From positions 230,774 to 294,773 of the IMG/VR virus record IMGVR_UViG_3300044731_002337: DNA of 64,000 bases; one strand, given 5' to 3'. Under the pieces are notes generated by a model. That model was not told the DNA's origin. It searched no databases and worked only from the letters and a program-made list of their open reading frames with translations. Positions 28,483 through 37,921 of this stretch are shown here, one piece after another. A program made the translations under genes and the position numbers. The first letter of the stretch is position 1. Each line of letters begins with the position of its first letter.

Positions 28483-29562
28483 CTATTTGTTGAAATATTT
28501 TGGTAATATAATCTCTTTAGGGTTAGAGGAAAAGGAGAATAGAGGTTTGTGATAATAAGACGTGAGATGTGGTTGTGTCGAATGTAGTAGTTTTTCTTCA
28601 ACTTTATGTCCATCCCGTGTAAGACCAATGCTAATGTTTCGATATTCCCATATTGTAATGCTTAACACATAGAATGCAGCGAGACACATGACAATCATGA
28701 CGGCGATAATGATATATCCCATAGCAGAGGAAAGTACTTCTGTAATTTCAGAGTTGGCTGTAAGGAAACCTGCAGCTAATGTACCAGTAATATTATTTTG
28801 ATCATGTAACGTTTGAAGTGTTTCCCATTCAGAATCAGACATGATGGAGCTAAATACATTGTTATCAGCTAGATATTTGACTACCGAGTTGTAAGTTGAT
28901 TGTTGTGTAATACCACGGATAGTAGCCGAGTTACCAAAGCTATAATCAAGCACTTGGTTGTTTTTGGACACATTGCTCACATTGGTAAGTAGGTTATTGG
29001 TGACAATGTTTTTTACACGGTTACTGATATTATTAATTACGGATTGCGAGTCATTACCTCCAATGATGTTGGCTATGCTACCAAATACATCGTAATCTGT
29101 GCTGAGTTTTTGTGTTATAGCGCTGGTTAGTGATTGGGCGACTTGGTTTTGGATATCATTGGTGGCTTGACATTCGACAGACGTATTCACAACATTGCTT
29201 TGGGAAATATTTTCGATAACACATGCTTTGCAGTAATTCACACCACAGCTTCGTAATTCTTCAGCGACATAATGTAAATCTTTATTGATGTTGGGGCGAT
29301 AACTGATGTTTTGATCAACACGTGCTAGATTAAGATATCGTGCATATTCTTCCTTTTTTTTGTTGAGTACGCTTTGTATGCAGTTACGACAGGCATAATT
29401 GGATTCGTAAGCAGAGTTAAAGGAAGTAGTGTGACAATTGATTCGCAGTGCTTGGGTGCTTGTGGTTTGGCCGGCACAATTCATGGTGATGTTAGTGACG
29501 ATGTTGGCGGTCATTTCATTTAATTGATTTGTAATAACGCTACGACTCACAGTACTACCCAT
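28483..29562 (-). CDS. myristoylated L1/F9-like virion membrane protein
   Basis: MGSTVS, N/Q/S/T-rich helical body, conserved Cys, C-terminal TM. Confidence 0.78.
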   Translation of the reverse strand: MGSTVSRSVITNQLNEMTANIVTNITMNCAGQTTSTQALRINCHTTSFNSAYESNYACRNCIQSVLNKKKEEYARYLNLARVDQNISYRPNINKDLHYVAEELRSCGVNYCKACVIENISQSNVVNTSVECQATNDIQNQVAQSLTSAITQKLSTDYDVFGSIANIIGGNDSQSVINNISNRVKNIVTNNLLTNVSNVSKNNQVLDYSFGNSATIRGITQQSTYNSVVKYLADNNVFSSIMSDSEWETLQTLHDQNNITGTLAAGFLTANSEITEVLSSAMGYIIIAVMIVMCLAAFYVLSITIWEYRNISIGLTRDGHKVEEKLLHSTQPHLTSYYHKPLFSFSSNPKEIILPKYFNK

Positions 29563-29640
29563 GTTTTATAGGTGAATGTGATTATTTTTTCTTTTTATTT
29601 GGTGAAATTTAATAATCATAATAGGGAAAAAGAAAAAAAA

Positions 29641-30708
29641 ATGGCATTGATACTTGCGGGGGCAGCAGCTGGAGCGGGTGTAATAGGTGGATTGTTTGGA
29701 GGTGGAGGTACCTATTTGACTATTAATAATCGTATCGTCAATGATATGACAGTTAGAGTGGCTATGGAATCAAGTACCTCTTGTATCTCACAGCTGGAAG
29801 GTTCTGAAACATTTAGTATTGATAGTAGTAAAACTTCTTATTATGAGTTAACAGGGCCAGATAGTACATGTGTATTGTGTCAGAATGTATTGAGTACTGT
29901 ATTGGCAGATCGTCAGAATTTAGAGACCACGTTGCAAATTATGGGGGTACCTTTTCAAACCATCAATCCAGATTTCGTCAGAGACTATAACAATAATGAA
30001 TCCGATTTAAGTCCATGTGCACTCATGTGTAGAGATATTGTAGTGCAAGAGGTGTCACAAATTTCCAAATTTAGTTCGGATGTAAGTTGTCAAGTCTCCA
30101 CCACATCGAATACCGAGATTCAGCAATCGTTCAAGGCGAGTATTGAAAGTCATATGAAGAATCAACAGGATTTTTTTGGTAAAGTATTGGGTAGTTTATA
30201 TAAGTTGAAATCGAATATCACTACAGATTTGGCTAATGTCATGTCAGCTGCCATTTCAACCCGGTTACAACAGAATTTAGTGGCCGAGGCAAGAGTGTTA
30301 CAAGAGATAAGTATAGGTAATGCTGGAGGTAATTCTCATTCAGTGTATGTGAATAATGTGAAGCAATCATTTACATTGCAACAAGTAGGGACGATGAAGG
30401 TAGTGAATAATATTGTGGATCAATTGAAGCAAAGTGCACAGTTTAGTATTTTGCAGCAGTTGACAAATAAGAATGATACGATAGGTGGTTTATCAGAGGC
30501 TTTTGTTAAGTTTTTCAAAATTTGGAGCGTATTTATTAAGAATACAATTGGTCAATTGTTTGTGATATTTATTATGCTGCTCATCATTTTATTATTTTAT
30601 AAATCATATCAATATACCATGACCAGTGCAGCCATGCAAAAGAGAAACGAAAGGATTCACGATAAGATTAATGAAGATAAAGAAGCAGCACATAAGAATG
30701 AACTATAA
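29641..30708 (+). CDS. L1/F9-like virion membrane protein without N-terminal MG; Gly/Ala-rich leader
   Basis: Same Cys skeleton and C-terminal TM as 28483-29562; ATG follows an A-tract. Confidence 0.7.
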   Translation: MALILAGAAAGAGVIGGLFGGGGTYLTINNRIVNDMTVRVAMESSTSCISQLEGSETFSIDSSKTSYYELTGPDSTCVLCQNVLSTVLADRQNLETTLQIMGVPFQTINPDFVRDYNNNESDLSPCALMCRDIVVQEVSQISKFSSDVSCQVSTTSNTEIQQSFKASIESHMKNQQDFFGKVLGSLYKLKSNITTDLANVMSAAISTRLQQNLVAEARVLQEISIGNAGGNSHSVYVNNVKQSFTLQQVGTMKVVNNIVDQLKQSAQFSILQQLTNKNDTIGGLSEAFVKFFKIWSVFIKNTIGQLFVIFIMLLIILLFYKSYQYTMTSAAMQKRNERIHDKINEDKEAAHKNEL

Positions 30709-30718
30709 TAATAAAAAA

Positions 30719-31684
30719 ATGATGTTGAAGAAACAAGGTCCAAAAAGGGTAGAAGAAGAAACAGTTGAGGTATTGGATTTCAAGCCAATGTTAGCATATC
30801 ATTTCGTTGGTGAAAAAAAGAGTAAAAAACGAGGGTTTACAAGTGAATTATCAAGTGGGATAGATGAGGGGAAAGGTGTGGTATTTGAAAAGGGGAAAGA
30901 GGGACATTATGTGGTGAATCCAGTGGGATGGTATATGTCTAAAAAATTGAATGGTATTCGAGGTATTTGGTATAATGGGGTGATGAGATCAAGGATAGCA
31001 TTACAGGAAAAGGAAGTTAGGGTATTAGTGACACCTGAATGGATGAAGTTGGTATTACCCAATGATATTATTTTGGATGGCGAGTTATATTTAGGGAAGG
31101 ATCGTTTTTATGAGTCGATGAATATTATCCATGGTAAGATGGAGGTGTGGAAGGAGATGAAATATTATCTATTTGATTGTTATGTGGAGAATATGCCATT
31201 TGCAGCACGAGTAGCACGTTTGAGACAGGTACATGAAAAGATTGTGTTACGATGGAATGAATTATTTCCGGGGAAAGAGTGTCCGATTATATATCATAAG
31301 CAATATGTGATTGAGAGTTGGCCGCGAGCCTATGAGGAGTTTAAGAAATGGATAGTGGAAGATAAAGAGGAAGGGGCCATACTAAAGAATGGTAAAGCCA
31401 TGTACAAGCAGGGAAGAAGTTATGACATGTTGAAATGGAAAGTGCAGTTTAGAAGAAGGGCAATGATTGTGGGGTTTAATTTGAAAGGGGGTAAAGATGA
31501 ATTGAAATCATTGAAATGTGTATGGCCTGAAACAAAGGATTCCATGTTTTCTGTATCGGGTGGATTGAATGCTGGTTTACGTCGTGAATATAAAGATATT
31601 TTCCATATAGGTGATACAATTCTCATTAGTTATTATGAAGCCACGTATAATGATAAACCAGTTTCCGCCGTAATTATATTTTGA
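30719..31684 (+). CDS. ATP-dependent DNA ligase (minimal; KxNG motif I)
   Basis: KPMLA, SKKLNGIR, LDGELY, YYLFD, EGAILK, GRSYDMLKWK, OB-like C-terminus. Confidence 0.9.
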   Translation: MMLKKQGPKRVEEETVEVLDFKPMLAYHFVGEKKSKKRGFTSELSSGIDEGKGVVFEKGKEGHYVVNPVGWYMSKKLNGIRGIWYNGVMRSRIALQEKEVRVLVTPEWMKLVLPNDIILDGELYLGKDRFYESMNIIHGKMEVWKEMKYYLFDCYVENMPFAARVARLRQVHEKIVLRWNELFPGKECPIIYHKQYVIESWPRAYEEFKKWIVEDKEEGAILKNGKAMYKQGRSYDMLKWKVQFRRRAMIVGFNLKGGKDELKSLKCVWPETKDSMFSVSGGLNAGLRREYKDIFHIGDTILISYYEATYNDKPVSAVIIF

Positions 31685-31709
31685 TGAGGAAACAAAAAGG
31701 AGAGAAAAT

Positions 31710-31922
31710 ATGAAGCATGCTACATTGCCGGTCACCAACATTCGATATTCGTTCAAGGTAAAGGAGGGTAAGGCGGTGGTTGTGGAAAATATTCCATTAA
31801 CCTATAAGGCAATTGAAAAAAATTTGGAGGAGTTGGAAGAAAAGTTACAAAAGATCACACTACCAAATGATTCCAAGAGTATGATTCCAAGGTATTGTGG
31901 TTTAAAAAAAGAAAATAAATAA
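31710..31922 (+). CDS. small hypothetical protein
   Basis: ORF follows a purine-rich leader. Confidence 0.5.
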   Translation: MKHATLPVTNIRYSFKVKEGKAVVVENIPLTYKAIEKNLEELEEKLQKITLPNDSKSMIPRYCGLKKENK

Positions 31923-31940
31923 ATAAATAAATAAATAAGG

Positions 31941-32195
31941 ATGAGGTGGTTTCTTATTATGACGTTTATGTGTTTGGTATGGTATACATTTGTTCTTATT
32001 GTGGTACATAGCCGAATCAGGGGAATACTTCAACAACTAAATGAAATAGAAGAATTATCACCATCCTCGATTACGTATGAAAGGATAACTATTCCAGATG
32101 TACTTCAATTATCGAATGCACCTATAAGATCAGATTGGAATGGAAGGCCAATACTTAAGAAACACCTTAAAGACAATTATCGTGATGAAGAGTAA
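31941..32195 (+). CDS. small single-TM protein
   Basis: N-terminal hydrophobic helix; preceded by a (TAAA)n run. Confidence 0.6.
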   Translation: MRWFLIMTFMCLVWYTFVLIVVHSRIRGILQQLNEIEELSPSSITYERITIPDVLQLSNAPIRSDWNGRPILKKHLKDNYRDEE

Positions 32196-32230
32196 AATAT
32201 ACTACTACCAAAAAAAATAAAAGAAGAAAA

Positions 32231-33727
32231 ATGCCAGGTGATGGTGTAATTGGAAGTATATGTGTGCTAGTCGTTTATATCATTATCTTAGGCGTTAGTT
32301 TATCATGGCCATATAAACAAAATAAAGCTGCCAATGTGAATAATGAAACGAATAAAAGGTCAAAACATAGAACCGGCATCACAAAATCACAAAACAATAC
32401 AGAACAAACAACTAATGCCAATCAAACAGGAACAACTGGACAACCTACACCAGTGAGAAAACCAGAAAGAGAAGTTACAAACTTAACAAATATAGGTACA
32501 CCAATCAGACCACAAATACCGCAAACGCCACACGCAGTAGTTTCAAGACCAGCCAACATGATAAGTACACGATTGGGTCAATCACCGAGAACGGCTCCAA
32601 TGTCAGCCCATGCATCACGTACACCAATCAAACCACAAATTCCGCAGACGCCACAAACAGTTCCAAAATCAGCCGGCATGAGAGGTGCATTAATGAAAGA
32701 ACCACATACAACACCTCCAAGGTCAATCGACGAAGTCAGTACCACGAGTGAGGATAGTGATGATAGTGGGGTTAGTGAGTATGAGGAAGTCCGGGGTGGC
32801 GATGCTGCTACACCCGCGTTAGAGTTACCAAATGAACCCATAGGTAGCGGTTTGACGAAAGAAGAGGAAGAATATTTAGAAACAGAACAAAAGTGGGCTT
32901 GGGAAAGCATTGGCAAAACACGTGATAATATTAGAAATGTGTTTAATCGGTGGTACCTGGCAATACCAAAAGATACACAAAACTTAAAAACAGCTGTGGA
33001 AGAAGCGATTCAAAAAGAAAACACGCTCAAGTTCGGATTAAACTGGTTTGGACAACTTGACCCTGAAAAGCCTAGAGAAACATTAAACAACGCTATCATA
33101 GCATGGAACGATTTTGTGGGTACGAGCTGGGCAGGTCTTTCAAAATACGAAGCGGCAACTCATGTGGAAGTACTGAAAGAAAAGATAAAACAAAATATTA
33201 ACAAACTACTTATTGCAGGGTTGCGTAAAGTAAATGATGTAGATATAACGATAAAAGAAGAGGTTTATTATACCTTTGAAAAATATCAAGCTCTGATGAA
33301 TGAGGATAATATTGCAGAATTAGTGGAGCAGCACAAAGTAATTTCAAAGTTACGAATAGCGTTAACTCCACTTTTTAATTCGGTAAAAGATAACAATGAC
33401 GCACCGTTTGATTGGGCTAAACTAACCCTGAAAGACATTGAGGAACAAGTGACAGCGTACTTTGAAAGCAAGTTCATGAAAATAAGAGATTATGGTGATG
33501 AAGTTGGATTGTTAAGACGAGTTTGTCGGACAATAATAGATCAGTTCAATATAACAGTAACAGACAATACTATTAATGCGGAATATGTAATTACAAAATT
33601 TATCGAAATAATAAACAAGTGGAAAAATTCTAGAAAGAATAATAATAATAGTTGGAACCAGAATGAATTTATGGAATTTGTTGACCCCAGCCGAATATCC
33701 GGAAGGAAACGAAGAGCGAACAAATAA
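32231..33727 (+). CDS. membrane-anchored protein, tandem family member 1
   Basis: TM VIGS..VVYIIILGVSLSWPYK; disordered linker; shared domain (EYL...W...AV..AI..EN...FGL.WF). Confidence 0.8.
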   Translation: MPGDGVIGSICVLVVYIIILGVSLSWPYKQNKAANVNNETNKRSKHRTGITKSQNNTEQTTNANQTGTTGQPTPVRKPEREVTNLTNIGTPIRPQIPQTPHAVVSRPANMISTRLGQSPRTAPMSAHASRTPIKPQIPQTPQTVPKSAGMRGALMKEPHTTPPRSIDEVSTTSEDSDDSGVSEYEEVRGGDAATPALELPNEPIGSGLTKEEEEYLETEQKWAWESIGKTRDNIRNVFNRWYLAIPKDTQNLKTAVEEAIQKENTLKFGLNWFGQLDPEKPRETLNNAIIAWNDFVGTSWAGLSKYEAATHVEVLKEKIKQNINKLLIAGLRKVNDVDITIKEEVYYTFEKYQALMNEDNIAELVEQHKVISKLRIALTPLFNSVKDNNDAPFDWAKLTLKDIEEQVTAYFESKFMKIRDYGDEVGLLRRVCRTIIDQFNITVTDNTINAEYVITKFIEIINKWKNSRKNNNNSWNQNEFMEFVDPSRISGRKRRANK

Positions 33728-33800
33728 CAATTAAAGATAGGATATTCTTCAATAAGTATAAATTAAATGGCGAAATAGTAGTAATACAATAAAAATAAAA

Positions 33801-34748
33801 ATGCAAGATGGCAGTGTGATTGGAAGTCTAATTACGATAGTAGTGTATGTAATTATCTTGGGTATCAGTTTATCGTGGCCATACAAGCATGAGGCCAATG
33901 CACAAGTTGTCGAAAGCATGGGGGAAAATAATATAGAAACATCTACTAAACATGCCGCACAATCAAATAACGTTAAAGAATCTACATCAAGAATTGACGC
34001 TCCATATTTAACCAAAAAACGAAAACAACCAGACTATTCTAATGTCAAACCTCATTCCCCAATAATACCCAATTTACATCAAAAAAGTGAACCAGAGGAA
34101 AAGTCAGAATTATCAACGATAGTGGAGGAAGAAGAAACAGGAGACTCGGGGCCATGGGATGAGGAGAGTGATGCTGAAGAAGAATTATTTCATACAGTCA
34201 GCACAGTAGTGTTGGCACCGCCAGAAATTAGTACTGATGAAGAAGATGGGCGGGAGATCGATGCGAATGGTTATACCAAGAAAGAGAGGGACTATTTACA
34301 ACCATATAATACACAAATATGGGATGTAGTAGAATTGTGGAAATGGAAAAAGTGGTTTATAAAAAGGTTTGAGGATTACTACTTGACACTGGGAAAATTC
34401 AAGAATAGTGATTTAGTCTTGGCGGTAAAATCGGCAATAACAGAAGAAAACAAACAAACTTTCGGGTTGAAATGGTTTAAAAATCGTGATCTTAATACCA
34501 ATGATATTTCGGAATTAACTGAAGCTAAGCGGGAGTGGCAGAAATTTATGGATGAAAGAAGGATGAAAAAGAACCAACAATACAAAAACTATCCACCCGA
34601 TACTCACGCAAATCTTCTTCTCCAGGAGATTAAAGAACGAATTAATGAGAAAATATGGAATATTACAGATAAATTGGGAAAAATACAAGAAACTGATTAC
34701 GATACCAGGGAAAAATATGAAACATTAATGAAAAGATTGACGGAATAA
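33801..34748 (+). CDS. membrane-anchored protein, tandem family member 2
   Basis: TM VIGS..VVYVIILGISLSWPYK; LAVKSAITEENKQTFGLKWF. Confidence 0.8.
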   Translation: MQDGSVIGSLITIVVYVIILGISLSWPYKHEANAQVVESMGENNIETSTKHAAQSNNVKESTSRIDAPYLTKKRKQPDYSNVKPHSPIIPNLHQKSEPEEKSELSTIVEEEETGDSGPWDEESDAEEELFHTVSTVVLAPPEISTDEEDGREIDANGYTKKERDYLQPYNTQIWDVVELWKWKKWFIKRFEDYYLTLGKFKNSDLVLAVKSAITEENKQTFGLKWFKNRDLNTNDISELTEAKREWQKFMDERRMKKNQQYKNYPPDTHANLLLQEIKERINEKIWNITDKLGKIQETDYDTREKYETLMKRLTE

Positions 34749-34780
34749 ATTGACAAGATGAAGAAAAAAAGTAAACAACT

Positions 34781-36340
34781 ATGAATTATGGTGCAATAGT
34801 TATGATTCTCTTATACATTGTCATAGTACTGGCCATGCACTGGAATGTGGATGGAGTTCTACTACAAAGACAACGCATGAAAGGTGTAACATTATTAACG
34901 CCCAGAGATCAAGTGCCACAATCAAAGACCGGCAAGCAAGTAGCACAATCAAAGACCGGCAAGCAAGTAGCACAATCAAAGACTAGGAAACGAGTACCAC
35001 AATCAGAGACTAGAAATCGAGTACTAAAATTAGAGACTAGACATCAGGTAGTATCAAGACAATATGAAAAAAGGAGTGAAATATCAGAAGATTATGTTAA
35101 ATTTTTTTGTATTAAAAATGGAGTATTATGGGATACATATCAAGTGGAAACACGTAGGGACGTTTTGAAGGCATTTCGTGAGTATATACTTCCAATACCA
35201 GAGACTGAAGATTTACGTGAGATCGAACATTTTATTCGAGAAAAATTGGATACGACTCTGGGGTGGTTTAAGGTAAAATCTGAATCATTTAATAATGTAG
35301 TAGAGGAATTATATACTGTCATTGCAAAGTATACCGATGTTATGAACACAGTCATGGATCCTTTTCCATATCAATGGAACCCTGAAGATATAAATGCATA
35401 TAGAGTATGGTTACAAGAATGGGCTAAAGATAGAAACATTAATCCTATACCTAATTCATATGAAGAGTTTTGCGATATACGAGGTACTGCACAGATCAAG
35501 GCATCAAGAGGGACACCAGCACCGATAATACCAAAAGAAATAACACCGGAACGAAAGAGAGTATCACGCACAGAGAAACCATATAATACTGATACAGATA
35601 TTGTCGAGTTGATAACTACCCATGAATCCAGTAGTGTCAAGAGCGATTCAAGCTCAGGCTCAGGCTCAGATTCAGATACATTTCATGAAGTTCTATCTGG
35701 TACCGCAGGTTTGCATGACAATGTTCCCGCAGGTGTGCATGACAATGTTACCTCTTCGAATGAATCAGAAGTTACCACTTCAAGTGGATCAGAGAAAGGA
35801 CTGCAAAAGGCGGCTGAAACAATCTCTAAACCCAAATCTGAAGATGATATGTCTGAGGAGGAATTGAACTATTTGAAGTTTGAGAATGAGTTATGGGAAG
35901 GGGAGGATTTCGGTAAGAAAAAGTCGCGATTTTGGAAGGAGTTTCCACAAAAATATCTAGTTCTGACTCATCCACGTCCCTTTTTTCCTACTTCAAAACA
36001 GATAGACGTAGCAGTGGGAAATGCAATAGAGAGTGAAAAATCAAACCTTTTGGGATTAGGTTTATTTGGAAAATTGGATGCAGATAATATTTTAACATTG
36101 TTACAGTGTATTCGTGAGTATAAGAGGTTTATAAAATATTGGCAAAGAGATTGGTGGTGGTTTAACAAATATAATTATCGACCTGAAACACATGACAAAG
36201 ATTTGGAGAAGGTTGTTGGATGTAAACATTATAAAGATAAATCTAGTTATGTCCAATATACACCAGAATATCTAGCATGTGTTGCAAAAGTTAGCAAGGC
36301 AATTACGTGGTTTCAAAAGGAGCATCCAGCAAATTTATAA
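34781..36340 (+). CDS. membrane-anchored protein, tandem family member 3 (shared domain apparently twice)
   Basis: N-terminal TM; VAVGNAIESEKSNLLGLGLFGKLD and YRPETH match members 1 and 2. Confidence 0.8.
   Translation: MNYGAIVMILLYIVIVLAMHWNVDGVLLQRQRMKGVTLLTPRDQVPQSKTGKQVAQSKTGKQVAQSKTRKRVPQSETRNRVLKLETRHQVVSRQYEKRSEISEDYVKFFCIKNGVLWDTYQVETRRDVLKAFREYILPIPETEDLREIEHFIREKLDTTLGWFKVKSESFNNVVEELYTVIAKYTDVMNTVMDPFPYQWNPEDINAYRVWLQEWAKDRNINPIPNSYEEFCDIRGTAQIKASRGTPAPIIPKEITPERKRVSRTEKPYNTDTDIVELITTHESSSVKSDSSSGSGSDSDTFHEVLSGTAGLHDNVPAGVHDNVTSSNESEVTTSSGSEKGLQKAAETISKPKSEDDMSEEELNYLKFENELWEGEDFGKKKSRFWKEFPQKYLVLTHPRPFFPTSKQIDVAVGNAIESEKSNLLGLGLFGKLDADNILTLLQCIREYKRFIKYWQRDWWWFNKYNYRPETHDKDLEKVVGCKHYKDKSSYVQYTPEYLACVAKVSKAITWFQKEHPANL
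34910..35044 (+). repeat. 27-bp in-frame tandem repeat, about 5 units (QVAQSKTGK-like)
   Basis: caagtagcacaatcaaagaccggcaag and progressively diverged copies. Confidence 0.9.
35701..35751 (+). repeat. 2x24-bp direct repeat element, in frame (TAGLHDNVPAGVHDNVT)
   Basis: 48/51 nt identical to 291-341. Confidence 0.95.
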
Positions 36341-36997
36341 TTAGTATACTTGTTCAAGTTTGAAATGGGTGGTGATGAATTGTTGGTATGAGTTGATGGA
36401 GGTTTGAAATGATTCCAAGTCGGTTTGGTGTGGATGTTCAGTGATTTTGAATGCATTACAAAAGAGTTGGAGTTGATCGCGTGTATGGGTGAATTGGTGA
36501 ATAAATTGGAAAATAGAAGTACGCAAGTGAAGGATAACGTAGAGTTCTTCTTTTTGGGGTGTATGTTTTCCCTGAGGTAAGTGATCGACCATGGATTTCA
36601 ATTGAGTAAATTTATCATTCATCTGAGTCATGATATCTTGTAGAATGTGGTATTGTTCTTTTATGTAATTTGTAATGTGTTCTTGTGCTTTGGTGTCTAG
36701 TGGGATGGCTGGGAAGTTCTTGACGGATACATTTTTAATGGGTACTTTAGTAGCGATATAGGCTTCAACACGTTTTTGTTTGGTGTTACGTACCCAGACT
36801 GAAATGCAAATGTAGGCCAAGATGTTGAGTAATCCGGAGATGCCCGCCATAGTAGTATCTTTTTTGGACACTAGCGTCATGGTAACAATGAAAGAGGCGG
36901 AGAAAAGAGAGACGGCAATGATAACCCAAGGATCTAATAATTCACGTAATAGAGTAAATTGTTCTTTTAAGCGCATTTGTTCTTTTTCTTGGGGCAT
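36341..36997 (-). CDS. two-TM membrane protein with helical C-terminus
   Basis: Two hydrophobic helices followed by a coiled-coil-like region. Confidence 0.65.
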   Translation of the reverse strand: MPQEKEQMRLKEQFTLLRELLDPWVIIAVSLFSASFIVTMTLVSKKDTTMAGISGLLNILAYICISVWVRNTKQKRVEAYIATKVPIKNVSVKNFPAIPLDTKAQEHITNYIKEQYHILQDIMTQMNDKFTQLKSMVDHLPQGKHTPQKEELYVILHLRTSIFQFIHQFTHTRDQLQLFCNAFKITEHPHQTDLESFQTSINSYQQFITTHFKLEQVY

Positions 36998-37836
36998 TCA
37001 TGTTTTTCCAATGTGGAGAGAAAAGTGATACATTGAGTACAGCATTTCCAATTTTCATCTCCGACAAATTCGTCTGTATAATCGAATTCCCTTTTCCGTT
37101 TAGGGGCTTGTGATTCTAGTTGACGTTTCAATTCAATGCCGGTTTGTTGGTTGAGGTTGCGCCACGTATCCTTGGTTGATAACACATTGGACAAGAGAAC
37201 TGAAACCGGGAAATATTTTTTGAATGGTTTGGTGTTGAAAATGCGGGAAAGAGCTTGTGCATCAGCTAAGGCATTATGATGATCTGGCATGTCAAACCCG
37301 CACCAGCATAGATGTACAATATTGAGTCGAAAGGATTCAATCTTGGTCGTGGGATGGCAAATGGGTGATTCGTAGATGGATTTGTGTTTCTTGAGTAATT
37401 TATAAGAGTCAATAAAGCCGTAAACACGAGAGGAAGTCATCCATTCTTCAAAAGGGATGGGTGGATCGCTATTTAACATGTTACAATATAGAATCTTATC
37501 ATCAAAGGCCCGTCCATTATGGGCAATGAGGATGATAGGTTTTTGAAAAGTGGTTAGCCAGGTTTTAAATTGTTCGAGAACAGTGGTGAATGGCTGGGCA
37601 TTTTCCGCCTTGAGTTTGGCCGCAGAAATATGGTGAATATGTTCTGAGGTGATGGGTAGATTGGTAGTAATGTATTGATGAAATTCAGAGAGGACTCTTT
37701 GTGTGACTTTACCAATTTCAGAGAGTTTCTTAGAGGGTTCATAGATGGTAGCTACTGCACCCAATGAAATGATATGATCAATTTGGGTTTTTAATCCAGT
37801 TGTTTCTGTATCATAGAATACAAATACATGGGACAT
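36967..37836 (-). CDS. DEDDh 3'-5' exonuclease (DnaQ/TREX-like)
   Basis: FYDTETTG, AHNGRAFD, FIDS, HNALADAQAL. Confidence 0.92.
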   Translation of the reverse strand: MSHVFVFYDTETTGLKTQIDHIISLGAVATIYEPSKKLSEIGKVTQRVLSEFHQYITTNLPITSEHIHHISAAKLKAENAQPFTTVLEQFKTWLTTFQKPIILIAHNGRAFDDKILYCNMLNSDPPIPFEEWMTSSRVYGFIDSYKLLKKHKSIYESPICHPTTKIESFRLNIVHLCWCGFDMPDHHNALADAQALSRIFNTKPFKKYFPVSVLLSNVLSTKDTWRNLNQQTGIELKRQLESQAPKRKREFDYTDEFVGDENWKCCTQCITFLSTLEKHECPKKKNKCA

Positions 37837-37921
37837 TTTCTCTATCTTGCTTGAGAGTATTCCGATCTAAAATCACAAGAGGGAATAATTCAAACAAATA
37901 AACAAGAGAAAGAAAAAGGAA

